NCBI RefSeq assembly: GCF_009914755.1
Contig: NC_060948.1
Strand: one strand, 5' to 3'
Length of the DNA: 64,000 bases
Origin: the human T2T-CHM13v2.0 reference genome, Homo sapiens
A program made the translations under genes and the position numbers. The notes beneath the pieces are model-generated. The model searched no databases, was not told the origin of the DNA, and was given only the letters and a program-made list of their open reading frames with translations. This document shows, one piece after another, positions 48,779-61,579 of the stretch (its first letter is position 1; each line of letters opens with the position of its first letter).

Positions 48779-48939
48779 ATTAACTAAAACTTTCTAAGTT
48801 ATTCAGGAAGAACCATTGAACAAAATGTGCAATCAGCAATAAAGCTCAAAGAGAATATAATTGCATAGTTTTTAGTGGCGGTGCTGTCTGAATGTTTCAG
48901 TTCATGGGACATTCTGACTCAGAGTTAGCAAGCTTATGT

Positions 48940-50640
48940 GAAGTCCTAAATGAATGCACTATCTTTCCATTTATGTTTTCACAGACCAAGAGTTTACTAA
49001 CTACCTAACACATATCAAGCAGCATACAGGAAGATGGATATACAAATGTAGCCAGATACAGTCCCCATCTCTAAAGACCTCACAATTTAGTCAGGGAGAA
49101 ACAATCACAATAAGACATGATTATTTCATAAGTGAGGTAAATAAACACTGCACGCAGGAATGAAATCCAAAAGATTCGCTCAGTGGGAGTCAGGGAAGGT
49201 ATCAACGAAGTGACTGTCCAGCTGTGTCTTGAAAGACAGTATGCTTTCATCAATAAGAGAAAAGGATCGACATTCCAGGTGAGGAAATACAGCCATGGTG
49301 GTTTGTATGAGGATGACAATCTTCCTCAAAGCCTTCAGATACTCACAGTTAAATAAACAGGAATCTAGTCAGTCACCTATCTTGCAGATGAATTTATTAG
49401 TCTAAACACAATCCAAACATCTCAAAAAACTGTGCTTCCAAAACTCATTTTTATAGCTGGAGCAAGCCCAATTCCCAGGAATGTTATACAGATTTGTAGA
49501 GGGTGCGCCCTTGCATTAAATGACTAGGTCTCATTGAGAAGCCCCAAGCAAGACTTGATGCTAGGGTAAAGCCTTGCTACTTTTGACATCTGGGAGAAGC
49601 AGTTCACGATGTAGGCCAAAAATACTGCTGTAAATCCAGTGTGGTCTAAGACATACCCTCAGAAACAGAATATGCTTTCTTAAGAAAAAAAAGATTCACT
49701 CCCACTTGCCAACATAGAATCCCTGCCACTGCTCATCCTCACCTTCTCTTGTCCGTTTACTCCCGGGATGACCAGATCAAAAGGCCACATGGATGACAAT
49801 TGCAGCCCTGATGACTCCTTTACCCCAGAGACCTTGAACTCTCCTCATTTCCATGGCTCCATCCAATGGCAGCACAGTGCATTTTGTTTCCAGTTTCCAC
49901 CTGAAACCTAGTCCTGCAATTCTCTACTCTTGGACAATTGTTATAATTCCACCTGCCAGTCTCTTTGGATCTAGTTCTTGATCCCTGAGACAGCTACTTA
50001 ACCCTCACTTTCTCCATGGTGTAGCAGTTACTTGCCCTCTCCTCTGCTTCCCTTCACCATGCAAGATAAGCCCAGAATCTGCAGTTAAATAGGCTGCCAT
50101 TCTCACATCAAGTAAGTTAGGCTCTGCAAAGCTCCAGTCCTTCAACATCTCCATCTTTCCAGCCTCACTGAAAAGTGCAGAAGAGACAGATGCTTACAAT
50201 TTCTCCCCAGACCTGCCAAAAAATAAAAATAAAAAATAAACTCACCTACAAGCACATGGTTTGGTCTCATTTAATTTCAGGCTCCCTCAACTACAGCTGG
50301 GCCCTCAATACAAGTGATCAGTCCTCTCTGTTTTAAAGAGCTGTTCTTCTGTTACTCCCATGAGCTACTCTGTACCTCTAAGCTGCTCCTAAAACCCATG
50401 ATCTAATGCTCTAATCTGCCTGAGAAGATGGGAGCTTATTTAGGGTGTGTTTCTCTTAATCCCAACTTGACTGTTCACCTCTGACACTCTTCCTTTTCCA
50501 CTTGTCCCAGAGGAAGCAAATCTGTGTACATATTTCAAGGGCCACCCTTCTTTTTCTTTGCACTCTTTACCACAATTCCTATTGCTTTTCTGGGACCTTG
50601 TTAGCTCAATTGTATCATCTCATTCCTGGATCTTGAACCA
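48940..50640. mobile_element. Degenerate L2-like fragments
   Basis: gtccccatctctaaagacctcacaatttagtcagggaga and pyrimidine-rich L2-like tracts. Boundaries are uncertain. Confidence 0.45.
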
Positions 50641-51288
50641 ACCTACTAATAGCTGCAGGAAATAGTTACACAGTAAAATATTTGTAAATACCACCTCTTG
50701 GTGTTTTGAATTCTCTCAAGGATACTCTTTTCCCAAAAAATGATGGCTTCAGCCGCTGATTGACAAGCCTTCTCAAAATATTTCCTGAACACAGCTACAT
50801 TCTTTCCATACTTTCTTTTTGCTCTATTTTAATTTTTGCTATCTCAGCAGCTTAACAAAAGTTTACCTGCAAATTGATCACAAAAATTTAAAAATTTTAA
50901 CTATTACACTCCAATAAGTGTAACAAATACTCTCTTCACATCCAGGCTCAACATTAATGCTCTGTCCAAGTACATTACATTTACTTCATCTTTAGTTTTA
51001 TCTCACTCACTGTATTTGTAGGACTCACTCAAAAGTCATAAACAAATGTCAACATAAATAAAAATAATGTGCAGAATGGTAGAGTATCCCATTATTAAAA
51101 TTTCTAGGTTGTTTTTGATATACCAAAGATTAAGACTTTAGAAGACTGTTGGGGAAACCACCCCCACACCACCCAGCAGGTACCCTGAGTCTAGCGGCGA
51201 CAAAGCTGATAGAAAGAGAGAGACCGAATAAGTGTTGAAAAGGCAGGTCCGGGGGACTGGAGTATTGGAGGCTTCCTCATGGCCCAGA
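49438..51288. repeat. 1.85-kb direct duplication, copy 1 (paralog 59265-61115)
   Basis: Near-identical collinear sequence including OFD1 exon 8 and the identical LTR insertion point. Confidence 0.95.
50695..50866 (-). pseudogene. OFD1: OFD1 pseudogene exon 8
   Basis: [46 protein letters not shown] versus [51 protein letters not shown]. Confidence 0.9.
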
Positions 51289-51289
51289 A
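51147..51289 (-). mobile_element. Truncated LTR14C-like LTR end
   Basis: Matches the first ~140 nt of 60981-61567, with the same flank (gattaagactttagaag.c). Confidence 0.85.
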
Positions 51290-51374
51290 GTAGACGATAA
51301 CATTGATAGTGTTTCTCCCTGGTAGGTATGACTTTAGACATATTTTTCCATCTACTTTTCTGTATTTTTCAAAT

Positions 51375-51932
51375 GCTTTCCAATAAAGGACTCTCCAGCC
51401 ACATGCAGCCATTGACACTGGAAAGGTGGTCAGTCTGAACTGAGATATGCCTTAAATGAAAAAAAACAAAGAGATTTCAAAACTAACTGAAAAAAAAAAA
51501 AAAAAAAAAAAGAAAGTGAATTATCTCATTCGTACTTTTTTTTATTAAACACATGTCGAAATCATATTTTAGATGTATGGGATTAAATATCTTAAAGCTA
51601 ATTTTACCTACTTCTTTAAGTAAAGAAGGACTCTCCAGCCACATGCATCCATTGACAGTGGAAAGGTGACCAGTCTGAACTGAGATGTGCCTTAAATGAA
51701 AAAAAAAAAAAAAAAAAAACAAAGAGATTTCAAAACTAAGTGAAAAAAAAAAGGAAAGTGAATTATCTCATTCGTATTTTTTTTTTTTATTAAACACATG
51801 TTGAAATCATATTTTAGATGTATGGGATTAAATATCTTACAGCTAATTTTACCTAATTCTTTTTACTGTTTTCAGTGTGACTACTAGAAAACTGAACATT
51901 ATATATATGGTTCAACTGTTGGACCGCACTGC
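51375..51932 (-). mobile_element. MER33 hAT element with an internal ~240-bp tandem duplication
   Basis: ccagccacatgc..cattgaca.tggaaaggtg..cagtctgaactgagat occurs at about 51394 and 51635, and the element ends ttggaccgcactg. Confidence 0.8.
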
Positions 51933-52650
51933 TTCATAATTATCAGTAATATGTTTCTAATGGAATTAAACCCACACTTAATTTAAGGCCTAGTCATGTA
52001 ATACAAATTTCAATTTATCTTCTAACATGTTACCATTACTATTTTAGAATAAGGAAGGTCAAACATTAATTAAGCACATCAGTTTAAACAACTTTCTCCC
52101 GTCTCTATTGAGCATGAAACCAAAAGGCAGGATGGTATTTTCGACCGGCCTTCTAGTACAAAAAGCTCTAGAGAATGGATGGTAGAAATTGGACTTCACT
52201 GGCTACTCTGAGGCAGACTGAATGTTTTCAATTTGCTCTCCCTCTGAGGACCTTGATTTCCTCAAGTAGAATATGAAGCAATGAGTCAATGACTTCTCTA
52301 CTGCTCTGAAAAAAAATAGTCTATAATCTTGTACCTTGGTGGCTATAAAGTTAAAACAAGACATGAGGAAGGACCTTCCAGTTAAGAGAGGTAAAACTCA
52401 ACAAACAGGGCCTTTGAATGGCTGCATGCTTTGGCCAATGTAGCCCTGGCATGCAAGAGGCCAGGAAATGACACTGGAGAGCACTTCCTGGCCTCCCAGG
52501 ATGATTCCAGAAAAAGTAAATTCCCTTGTTGCTTGCAGGTTGCGTCCCCCTAGTTCAAGAAGGAACCACACAATTTGGTAAATCAGGTAACTTCCTTCAT
52601 TCAAAATGAAAACAACAGAATTGAAATTAAGAAAGGAAGAGTATAATTAC

Positions 52651-52793
52651 CTAGAGAATCTCTCATAAATGTCGAACTTGTCTGCATTTCCATGTTACAA
52701 CTCTTCTTAGCTTGATGATAATCTGCCAATTTTTTACAACTATTTTTAACTTGATGATATTTTAGCTTGTTGATGATTTAGGTTTATAGAAAC
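52651..52793 (-). pseudogene. OFD1: OFD1 pseudogene exon 6
   Basis: [28 protein letters not shown] versus [28 protein letters not shown]. AG and GT are intact, and the 5' part is scrambled by local duplications. Confidence 0.88.
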
Positions 52794-52910
52794 CTAAAAA
52801 AAAATGCATTCAGGTTTTTTTTTTCCTCAGAGCTTTCAGCCACTGTGCAGTCACTGTATACACAATCTTAGTTATATGAAAATATCATTTTATACATCAT
52901 ATATCGTTCC

Positions 52911-53203
52911 TTTTTGTAGAGACAGAATCTTGCTCTCTCACGAAGGCTGGAGTGCAGCGGTGTAATCATGGCTCATGAAAGCCTCAAACTGCTGAGCTCA
53001 AGCAATCCTCTCACTTCAGCCTTCCAAGTAGCTGGACTAGAGGCACCTACCACCACCCACCACATAAAGCTAATTTTAGTTTTTATAGAGACAGGGTCTT
53101 TCTATGTTGTGCAGGTTTGTCTCAAACGCATGACCTCAAGTGATGCTACTGCCTGGGCCTCACAAAATGCTGGGATCACAAGCATGAGCCACTGTGTCCA
53201 GTC
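52911..53203 (-). mobile_element. Alu (AluJ-like)
   Basis: Reverse-complement Alu body. Confidence 0.85.
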
Positions 53204-53355
53204 ATAGCTTCTAAGAATAAATCTGAGGAAAGGCCAGTCCAAATATGCTACAAAACATGACAGGAATAATCATAAGTATTTATCAATTTAACTATATAAA
53301 AGTTGAATATTTACATATGGTATAAAATTTAAAAATTCACTGCAATAATATGGAG

Positions 53356-53965
53356 TCATACGAGTTATTAAGAAATCATTTTAAGCAGATAGAGAAAACC
53401 TAGCATTCTTGGAACGTTTTTGTCTCATTTAAAGCAGCTCCAGAAAAGTTTCTTGTCTAGCAGCAAAGCCCTGGCTCTTGGAGTCTGGCAGGCAAAATTT
53501 GATATGCAATTGCCCGCCATTAGAAACTGGGTCCACCAAAACATGGCTTCCTACCCTCTTTCCTTGACTTACCCCCTCATGTGCCTGGCCACATGGCTGC
53601 CCCCACATATCCTCATGTATGCAGAACATCATGGCACCCTGCATCTTCATATTACAAATGTAATGTGGGAGGGCCAGTTTTTTAGGGGCTGTGTGAGTGA
53701 CATTCCTGATCAAACCAATCCCCTGAGCCTATGCAAGTCAGGCACCACCTCCTCCAGTCTCCTCATGTAACTGGCTGGTTTCCTGCCTCACTTGGGGTTT
53801 CCTCTCTCAGCTGTATAGGGAAGCTTCTTCCTACTTTCTTCTTCCTTCTTTCTCGCCTATTAAACTCTCTGCTTCTTAAAACTATTCCAAGTGTGTCTGT
53901 GTTGTTTGACCCAATTAGCAGCATACAAAAGCCCTACTCTTTCTCCACTCATCAGAGCTGAATCA
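53356..53965 (+). mobile_element. 5' LTR, LTR9-like (MER4/HUERS-P3 group)
   Basis: gagttattaagaaatcattttaagcagatag...aaagcagctccagaaa...ccattagaaactgggtccacc; ATTAAA at about 53858; ends CA followed by a PBS. The subfamily name is from memory. Confidence 0.7.
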
Positions 53966-53968
53966 TTT

Positions 53969-53986
53969 TGGTGCATTGGCCGGGAA
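53969..53986 (+). promoter_or_regulatory. tRNA-Gly primer-binding site (perfect)
   Basis: TGGTGCATTGGCCGGGAA(TC) is the exact complement of the tRNA-Gly 3' end ...GATTCCCGGCCAATGCACCA. Confidence 0.9.
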
Positions 53987-55234
53987 TCCAAGGTACAGTC
54001 TTTGTCCGGGTGGTGAGTATGCAAGCAAGATTAAAACCTGTTCTATCATTCTGAGGTTCTCTGAGCTTCTATATTAAAATAAATCCAATAAATCAATGGG
54101 AATCCATCAGCCTAGTACATACAGTTAGCGCTGACTGCCATAAAAAAAACTTGTATGTGAGACTTGCTGGAGAGAACATGCAGAAAAACTACATTACACA
54201 TGGGCATTGAATTTCTGGCCAGGGCACACCCTGGCATAATTCAGAGGCCTATGGTCTGGATGCAGCCTCCAACAGCCCATTCAGGGTGTTTGCAGAGAAT
54301 AATTAACTATCCTTTTGCAAAAGTCTTCTTCTCCATCTCCAGCCTCTCGCTCCTTCTCTGCATGAAATGGGCAGGGATTATTACAGCCTAGGAAAAGAGA
54401 TTTCCCCTTTTCATCTGTGGTGAGATTACTTGCTACCACTTCTCTGGTGAGGACATAGCATTTCTAAGCCAACATTGCCACCTACTGAGAGTGGAAATCC
54501 TCTAAGAAGCACACTTTGTTCCTGTTTTTCCAATACATCTCCAAAGCTTTCTTTTACACTGTTAGCATTAAGTGCCCTCTTCTGAGATGGGCACTTTCTA
54601 CCTTTAGCAATTAGGAGTAAGATGTTTTCTGAAGACCAATTTTAGTCTCTATAGTGTCCCACTGGCAGGAAAATAATCCTCAATTAGGTTTCTATATTCC
54701 TTTAAAGCATCTATTATCTCTCCTATTAAGATAGGATTTAATTAGTAAGAGGACTTTAAGTCCAGAAGTTAATGGGAACCATTTCACTATGGGTGAAAGC
54801 TTTAGTACTGGCCACAATAGCAGAATATAGAGTTCAATCTAGCAGACACATCTCTAAAGGGGTCTTGCCTAATTGCATGGTTTTTCCAGAAATCCATTTT
54901 TTAAGAAAGTCATACAGGCAACACCACTCTAAGAATTAAAAGGGAAATAAAAGACAGAGGAATACACTGCTGTGGACGGCATAAATAAGACATAAAATTT
55001 AGTTTCTCTGGTGCCATGGCTTAAAGTGTCATGACTGCAGTCATGGGTGTCACTTTTAAATGGGAGCTGAAATTCAGGAGCAAAGAAAGAAAAATAGTTA
55101 CAGAATGCCCCCTACAATACTAGTCTCCATTCCGGATCATATACTGAAAAGAAGGAGACTAAAAGGATGTTTTTATCCTTATGTCTCTTTCTAGATTGCT
55201 AACAGATCATCTTTAGCATCCATTCCCTTGGAAC

Positions 55235-55344
55235 ATATATATATATATATATACATACACACACACACACACACACACACACTTTTATATATGTATAAAT
55301 GTGTATATATAGATGTATAAATACATATAAGTATAAATATACAT

Positions 55345-55386
<42 letters not shown>
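55235..55386. repeat. Compound microsatellite (AT)9..(AC)13..(TG)19
   Basis: Counted directly: AT 55235-52, AC 55257-82, TG 55349-86. Confidence 0.95.
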
Positions 55387-55387
<1 letters not shown>

Positions 55388-55663
55388 CAGAATCTCACTG
55401 TTTCACCCATGCTGGAGTGCATTGGTGAGATCTCAACTCACTGGAAATTCCACCTATTGAGGTCAAGTGATTCTTCTGCCTCAGCCTCATGAGAAGCTGG
55501 AACTACTGGCGCACACCACCACACCTGGCTAGTTTTAGTATTTTTAGTAGAGATGCAGTTTCACCATGTTGCTCAGTCTAGTCTCAAACTCCTGACCTCA
55601 AAATCTGCCCACCACAGCCTCCCAAAGTGCTGGGATTACGGGCGTGAACCACTGTACCTGGCT
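55387..55663 (-). mobile_element. Alu (AluS-like) inserted in the ERV gag start
   Basis: Reverse-complement Alu whose tail has been replaced by the microsatellite. Confidence 0.9.
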
Positions 55664-58600
55664 GGGAGTATTTTAAAGCAACTGGACTCATTCAGCCCTG
55701 AAACTTTGAAGGAAAATTTCTTATTTACTTTTGCACAATGGAATGGCCTTCTTACTACACCTTTGTAAGTGTTGCAAAATAACCAAGTCCATTTAGCGAT
55801 CATATCAGGCAAGCCCAAAGAGAAAAATTTCTCAAAATTAGAGAAGCAAGTTTCAGGGGAACCATCTGAGTATTCCCTTATTTGGGGCCCCTTCAAGTTT
55901 TCTTCTCATTGGAGGAAATTTGGAAAGTAAAGGGAGGCTTACGCCAAATTTCTGATGATCCTGATAGGCATATAGAAGCTTTCCAAAATTTAACTTAGGT
56001 ATTTGACCTCTTATGAAGGAATGTTTTTATCCTCCTAAGCTAAACCTTAACTTCAGCTAAAAGAGGCAGCTGTGCAAGCAAAAGAAAATTGTGGAAATGA
56101 GCAATATGTCTTCTATAGTAGGTGAAAAGGGAAAAGAGCAACTAGGGTAGGCAAATAAATAGGGGAAGTACTATTCCAAATAGGAAAAGGGGCAATACCT
56201 CTTGAAAAGCTTAACTGGAACTCCTTTCTATAGTGTTTTTCATTTTTTGTGTGTGTGATTTAAAATGGCATCTGTCTCTTTCATAATGTTTGTCCAACTT
56301 GGGAAAAGTTAATTTTCCAAACCTTAAAATGCTTGGCTGACAGTTGAGCTAGAAGAAAGGAAACTTAGAAGCCTGATATGCTGGCAAAAGGGAAAAATTT
56401 CTTACCCATTTGGCTTTTGGCTTCTCTCTCACTGAGCAAACTGGTAACAAAGAAAAAAGAGTATTATTGTTTATATTCTAGGTAAATTTATAAATAACAA
56501 AAAAAGATTTGTGAGTTTGGTCTTAAGTTGTAGACAATTTGTGTGCTTTGCGTGTCCTTCTGTACGGTTCTATCAATAAAAGGGTATCTTAAGTGGGGTG
56601 AAGGCCCAGGACCCCATGAGCCTGCTGTTCAAGCCAGACCAACTTAATGGCCAGTAACAAACTGGGCTACAGTCCTACATCTTGTTCCATGTCCTCGGGA
56701 ACATAACCTGTAACCATGTGGCAATACTTTGTTTTAGTCTCTGCCATTTTAGAAAGGTGGTTTTTTCTTCCCATAAGTCAGTTCATAGAAGAGGGCCACA
56801 AAATCTGATAAGCCAGTTTTTCAATCCGGGTGGTCCCAGCCGATCTGTCAAACACAGGGTTTACAAAATATCTCAAGCACTGATGTTGAAAGCAGTTTAG
56901 GGAAGGTCAAAATCTTGTAGCCTCTGCCTCCCTGACACCTAAGCCATGGTCCCTAACCTTGTGGCTAGCTTATTGTTCTGGTTTCCAGGCAAGAGGAAAG
57001 TATATCTTGGGAAGCAGCTGTTATCCTCTTTGTTTTAGACTACAGACGGTATACAAGGCTCCTCCTAAAGTTGGCTCAGCCTAACCCAAAGATGGGCAAA
57101 GACAGCTTGAGGGTGGGAAGTGAAATAGATTTGTTTAGGTCAACTCTCTTTCACTGTCTCCCTCACAGTTTTGCAATGAAAGATTCAAAAGCTATCATTC
57201 CTCTGAAAATACCTTGGACACTTGCGGTTAAGTCATAGCCTAGATTGGTTTTATCTGTGAGGTTACATTTTCTAAAGTTCGAAAACCAAAAATCTTAACT
57301 ACTTGACATGGCTAAAGTTAAGTAATAAGAAATTTTTTAAGAATTTTCTTAAAAATGTTCAGCTTAATTAAAAGTAGATATTCAAGTTATTGATACATTT
57401 AAAATTTTTTTCTGAAAAAAATGGTCTTTTCTTCTCAGTAGACTGAATTATTTTTCCCCATTTTTTGTCTTCACCCTCTTAATGCACGCCTGAGAGGCCC
57501 TAACGTAACTTCTGATAGCACGGGACTCCTGGGGAAAAACAGAGTAGGTGCCAAATTCTCCATATGAGAAAACACACACGCAAACAAAACAAAACCAAAC
57601 ACACATGTTTTGCTCATGAAACCCCCCAAATTGAAAGCAGATGTTTCCCTCCCAATACCAAAGGCTCCGTACTGTTATGCATTGTGTTATTTACCTTTGT
57701 GAGTATTGAGGATATCAAGTTCCTTCACATTATGAGACCTCTTTGGTGTGTAATAACTAGGTAGAAAATGCCCTGTATGAAATGGCTAATAGTAGTTATA
57801 AATCAGAGAAGCATGCTCTTGTCTACCTAAAACATAGAGAAACATCCTCACCCCCGCTCCCTCCACTAAGAAACAAGACTCCCAAAGGGGATGGATTAAT
57901 TGCCTTCTGCTGTGTCTGCTTATTACTCCCTAAAAACTGCAAATTAATGATCCTATTCCTCCAAGGGCTACAACCTGAAGCCAGTAATCCAGTTAAGAAA
58001 CTGGCACATAAAAAAAATCTCTGAATTTTCCGTTTGTGTCGCTATATATGTGGTGTGTGTAATGCCTATAAAAGCAAACTCTAATTAATTGTCTTAAAGA
58101 GAAGTAAGCACTTGAATATGTTTTAGTTCACGTGAGTTTAAGTAATATAGTCTTGAGAATTACTGGTAAGATGCAAGTGTTGTCAAAATGAAAATAGGTC
58201 ATTTAAATGATTCAATTTAGACACCAGATTTGCTAAATGTTCCAAGGTTGTTTCTCACCTGCTTTACAGGTTGGTAAAACCTGGGATACATGGAGTGAGA
58301 GGCTGAAACCTCACACTTTATCTGCACTTCTGTCTGAGTTCTAGGATCCACACCATGTATGTAAGTAAAATGGCCTATTAACCAGGGTGTTCATCAAAAA
58401 TGAAAGTTGCTAAATGTTCACAGTGAACATTAACTAAACTCAAAAGGTTATTGTATGGTCTTTTTTATAACCTTAGCATTGAAATAAAGGAATACCAATG
58501 AGATCTTAAGAAACGAATCTGCCATTTAGTAAAAGAGTTTTGAAAGGTTTGTAAATATTTCACCTCATGGTCAAATTGGTTGAGGTTAAATGAAAGGATC

Positions 58601-59107
58601 TATAAGATTTAATTTAAGCAAATTGAGGTTAACATTAACAAACTGATGAAAGGGTAAAATTTGGCTTTGAGCAGGATGTCATACTCAAATGACAAGTCAC
58701 ATCATAATAAACACTAATAAATGATTTTTACCCTTTGAGCCATCATTTTGGCAAAACAAGTAATTTGTGGAAATCTGGATTCCTATATAAAACCGAGTGT
58801 ACTAAACCTCTAACATTTAACAGGCATCCTAAAACCATAATTCAAGTTGCAAAATTGTCCTTCCTAATGCCTGGCTTTCTGGGTGGTGAGAGGACTTCTG
58901 AAACATTAAGAAAAGACATATACAGGGCTTGTTTAGTCACATGGTATTGCCAAAATGATGTCCAATTTCCTTTAAGTTAAATTTTAGTGAATAATAGTAA
59001 CAGATGTTCCAAAATTGTGTTGGATTTCTAAAATTCTAACGTCTAAGTGTACACTATGCACCATAATTAAGGGTAAATTTGTCGTAAACTATGGAAACAA
59101 GAAATTT

Positions 59108-59264
59108 CTAATTTCTTCCCATACTTTCTTTTTGCTTTATGTTATTTTTATTTTTTACTATCTCAGGAGCTTTACAAAACTTTACCTGCAAATTGATCAC
59201 AAAAACTTAAAAATTTTAACTATTACGCTATAAGAAGAGCAACAAATACTCTCTTCACATCCAG
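59108..59264 (-). pseudogene. OFD1: Partial third copy of OFD1 exon 8 (5' part) plus intron
   Basis: Matches 50800-50945 and 60625-60772. Confidence 0.85.
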
Positions 59265-60520
59265 TACATCATTTTTACAGCTGGAGCAAGGCCAATTCCC
59301 AGGAATGTTATATAAATTTGCAGAGGGTGTGCCCTTAGCATTAAACAACTGGGTATCATTGAGAAGCCCCAAGCAAGACTTGACGCTAGGGTAAAGCCTT
59401 GCTACTTTTAACATCTGGCAGCTGCAGTTTGCGATGCAGGCCAAAAATACTGCTGTAAATCCAGTGTGGTCTAAGACATGCCCTCAGAAACAGAATATGC
59501 TTTCTTAAGAAAAAAGAGATTCACTCCCACTTGCCAACATAGAATCCCTGCCACTGCTCATCCTCACCCTCTCTTGTCCGTTTACTCCCGGGATGACCAG
59601 CTCAAAAGACCACATGGATGACATTTGCAGCCCTGATGACTCCTTTACCCCAGAGACCTTGAACTCTCCTCATTTCCATGGCTCCATCCAATGACAGCAC
59701 AGTGCATTTTTGTTTCCAGTTTCCACCTGAAACCTAATCCTGCAATTCTCTACTCTTGGACAATTGTTATAATTCCACCTGCCAGTCTCTTTGGATCTAG
59801 TCTTTGATCCCTGAGACGGCTACTTAACACTCACATTCCTCCTGGTGTAGCAGTCACTTGCCCTCTCCTCTGCTTCCCTTCACTATGCAAGATAAGCCCA
59901 GAATCTGCAGTTAAATGGGCTGCCATTCTCACATCAAATAAGTTAGGCTCTGCAAAGCTCCAGTCCTTCAACATCTCCATCTTTTCAACCTCACGGAAAA
60001 GTGCAGAAGAGACAGATGCTTACAATTCCTCCCCAGACCTGCCAAAAAATAAAAATAAAAAATAAACTCACCTACAAGCACATGGTTTGGTCTCATTTAA
60101 TTTCAGCCTCCCCCAACTACAGCTGGGCCCTCAATACAAGTGATCAGTCCTGTCTGCTTTAAACAGCTGTTCTTCTGTTACTCCCATGAGCTACTCTGCA
60201 CCTCTAAGCTGCTCCTAAAACCCATGATCTAATGCTCTAATCTGCCTGAGAAGATGGGAGCTTATTTAGGGTGTGTTTCTCTTAATCCCAACTTGACTGT
60301 TCACCTCTGACACTCTTCCTTTTCCACTTGTCCCAGAGGAAGCAAATCTGTGTATATATTTCAAGGGCCACCCTTCTTTTTCTTTGCACTCTTTACCACA
60401 ATTCCTATTGCTCTCCTGGGACCTTGTCATCCCAATTGTGTGATCTCTTTCCTGGATCTTGAACCAACCTGCTAATAGCTGCAGGAAATAGTTACACAGT
60501 AAAATATTTGTAAATACCAC

Positions 60521-60692
60521 TTCTTGATGCTTTTGAATTCTCTCAAGGATACTCTTTTCCCAAAAAATGATGGCTTCAGGCTCCGACTGACAAGCCTTCT
60601 CAAAATCTTTCCTGAACACAGTTAATTTTTCCCATACTTTCCTTTTGCTTTATTTTAATTTTTGCTATCTCAGCAGCTTAACAGAAGTTTAT
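60521..60692 (-). pseudogene. OFD1: OFD1 pseudogene exon 8, duplicate copy
   Basis: ORF 60266-60619 begins [33 protein letters not shown]. AG and GT are intact. Confidence 0.92.
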
Positions 60693-60980
60693 CTGCAAAT
60701 TGATCACAAAAAAATTAAAAATTTTAACTATTATACTCTAAGAAGAGTAACAAATATTGTCTTCACATCCAGGCTCAACATTAATGCTCTGTCCAAATAT
60801 ATTACATTTAGTTCATCTTTAGTTTTATCTCACTCACTATATTTGTAGGATTCACTCAAAAGGCATAAACAAATGTCAACAGAAATAAAAGTAATGTGCA
60901 CAATAGTGGAGTATCCCATTCTTTATTAAAATTCCTAGTTTTTTTTTTTTTCTATACCTTAGATTAAGACTTTAGAAGGC

Positions 60981-61567
60981 TGTTGAGACAACCAGCCCCA
61001 CACCACCTAGCACGTACCCTGAGTCTGGTGGAGACAAAGGGTTAGAAAGAGATAGAATCAGTATTTAAAAGGCTGTTCCAGAGGACCAAAGCATCGGAGG
61101 CTTGCTCACCGTTCAGAGTTCCTGGGCTCCACCCAATTTGTTGGTTTACAAGCATTTTGATCTTAGGACAGATGGGAGCAGAAGGAAGGGATGAGGAAAA
61201 GGATTAATCAGTGTAGAGGAACTCGTGAGTCTTTCAATAAGCTACATAGTAGTGGCAGTTTCTGTGAATTTCCTTGAGCCAAAGGCATGTGTCTAAACTA
61301 CTTAAGATCTTTAACTTATCAGAACTGAAATGGGTGAGAGCAGCTTTCAGGAGGAGCCAAGATGTTTGATTATACTCCACCGCTTCAAGGGAGTGTTATC
61401 TCCCTGAGCAACCTGAGGAATGCCGCTGAGTGCTTATGCTCTGGGGGCATAAAGACATGGAGGCAATAAGGAGACTTTTCTCCTCAGCAGCCACCCATGG
61501 CTCCCCATGGATGTCTCACATAGGGGAGAACAACTCAACTGGCACCACAGAAACTCTCCTTTCCACA
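60981..61567 (-). mobile_element. 3' LTR, LTR14C-like (HERV-K14C/HML-9)
   Basis: Minus strand starts TGTGGAAAGGAGAGTTTCTGTGGTGCCAGTTGAGTTG..GAGACATCCATGGGGAGCCATGGG and ends CAACA. A purine tract is adjacent. Confidence 0.8.
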
Positions 61568-61579
61568 TGTCTCTCTTTT

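Larger units (their letters stand above)
53987..59105 (+). mobile_element. MER4-group ERV internal region with degenerate gag; 3'-truncated, no 3' LTR
   Basis: gag traces ILKQLDSFSPETLK and ISDDPDRHIEAFQNLT (55.66-56.05 kb), followed by long non-coding AT-rich internal sequence. Confidence 0.7.

Noticed and set aside
53969-53988. tRNA gene
   Set aside because: Only the complement of the 3' 20 nt is present, directly after an LTR, so it is a PBS.
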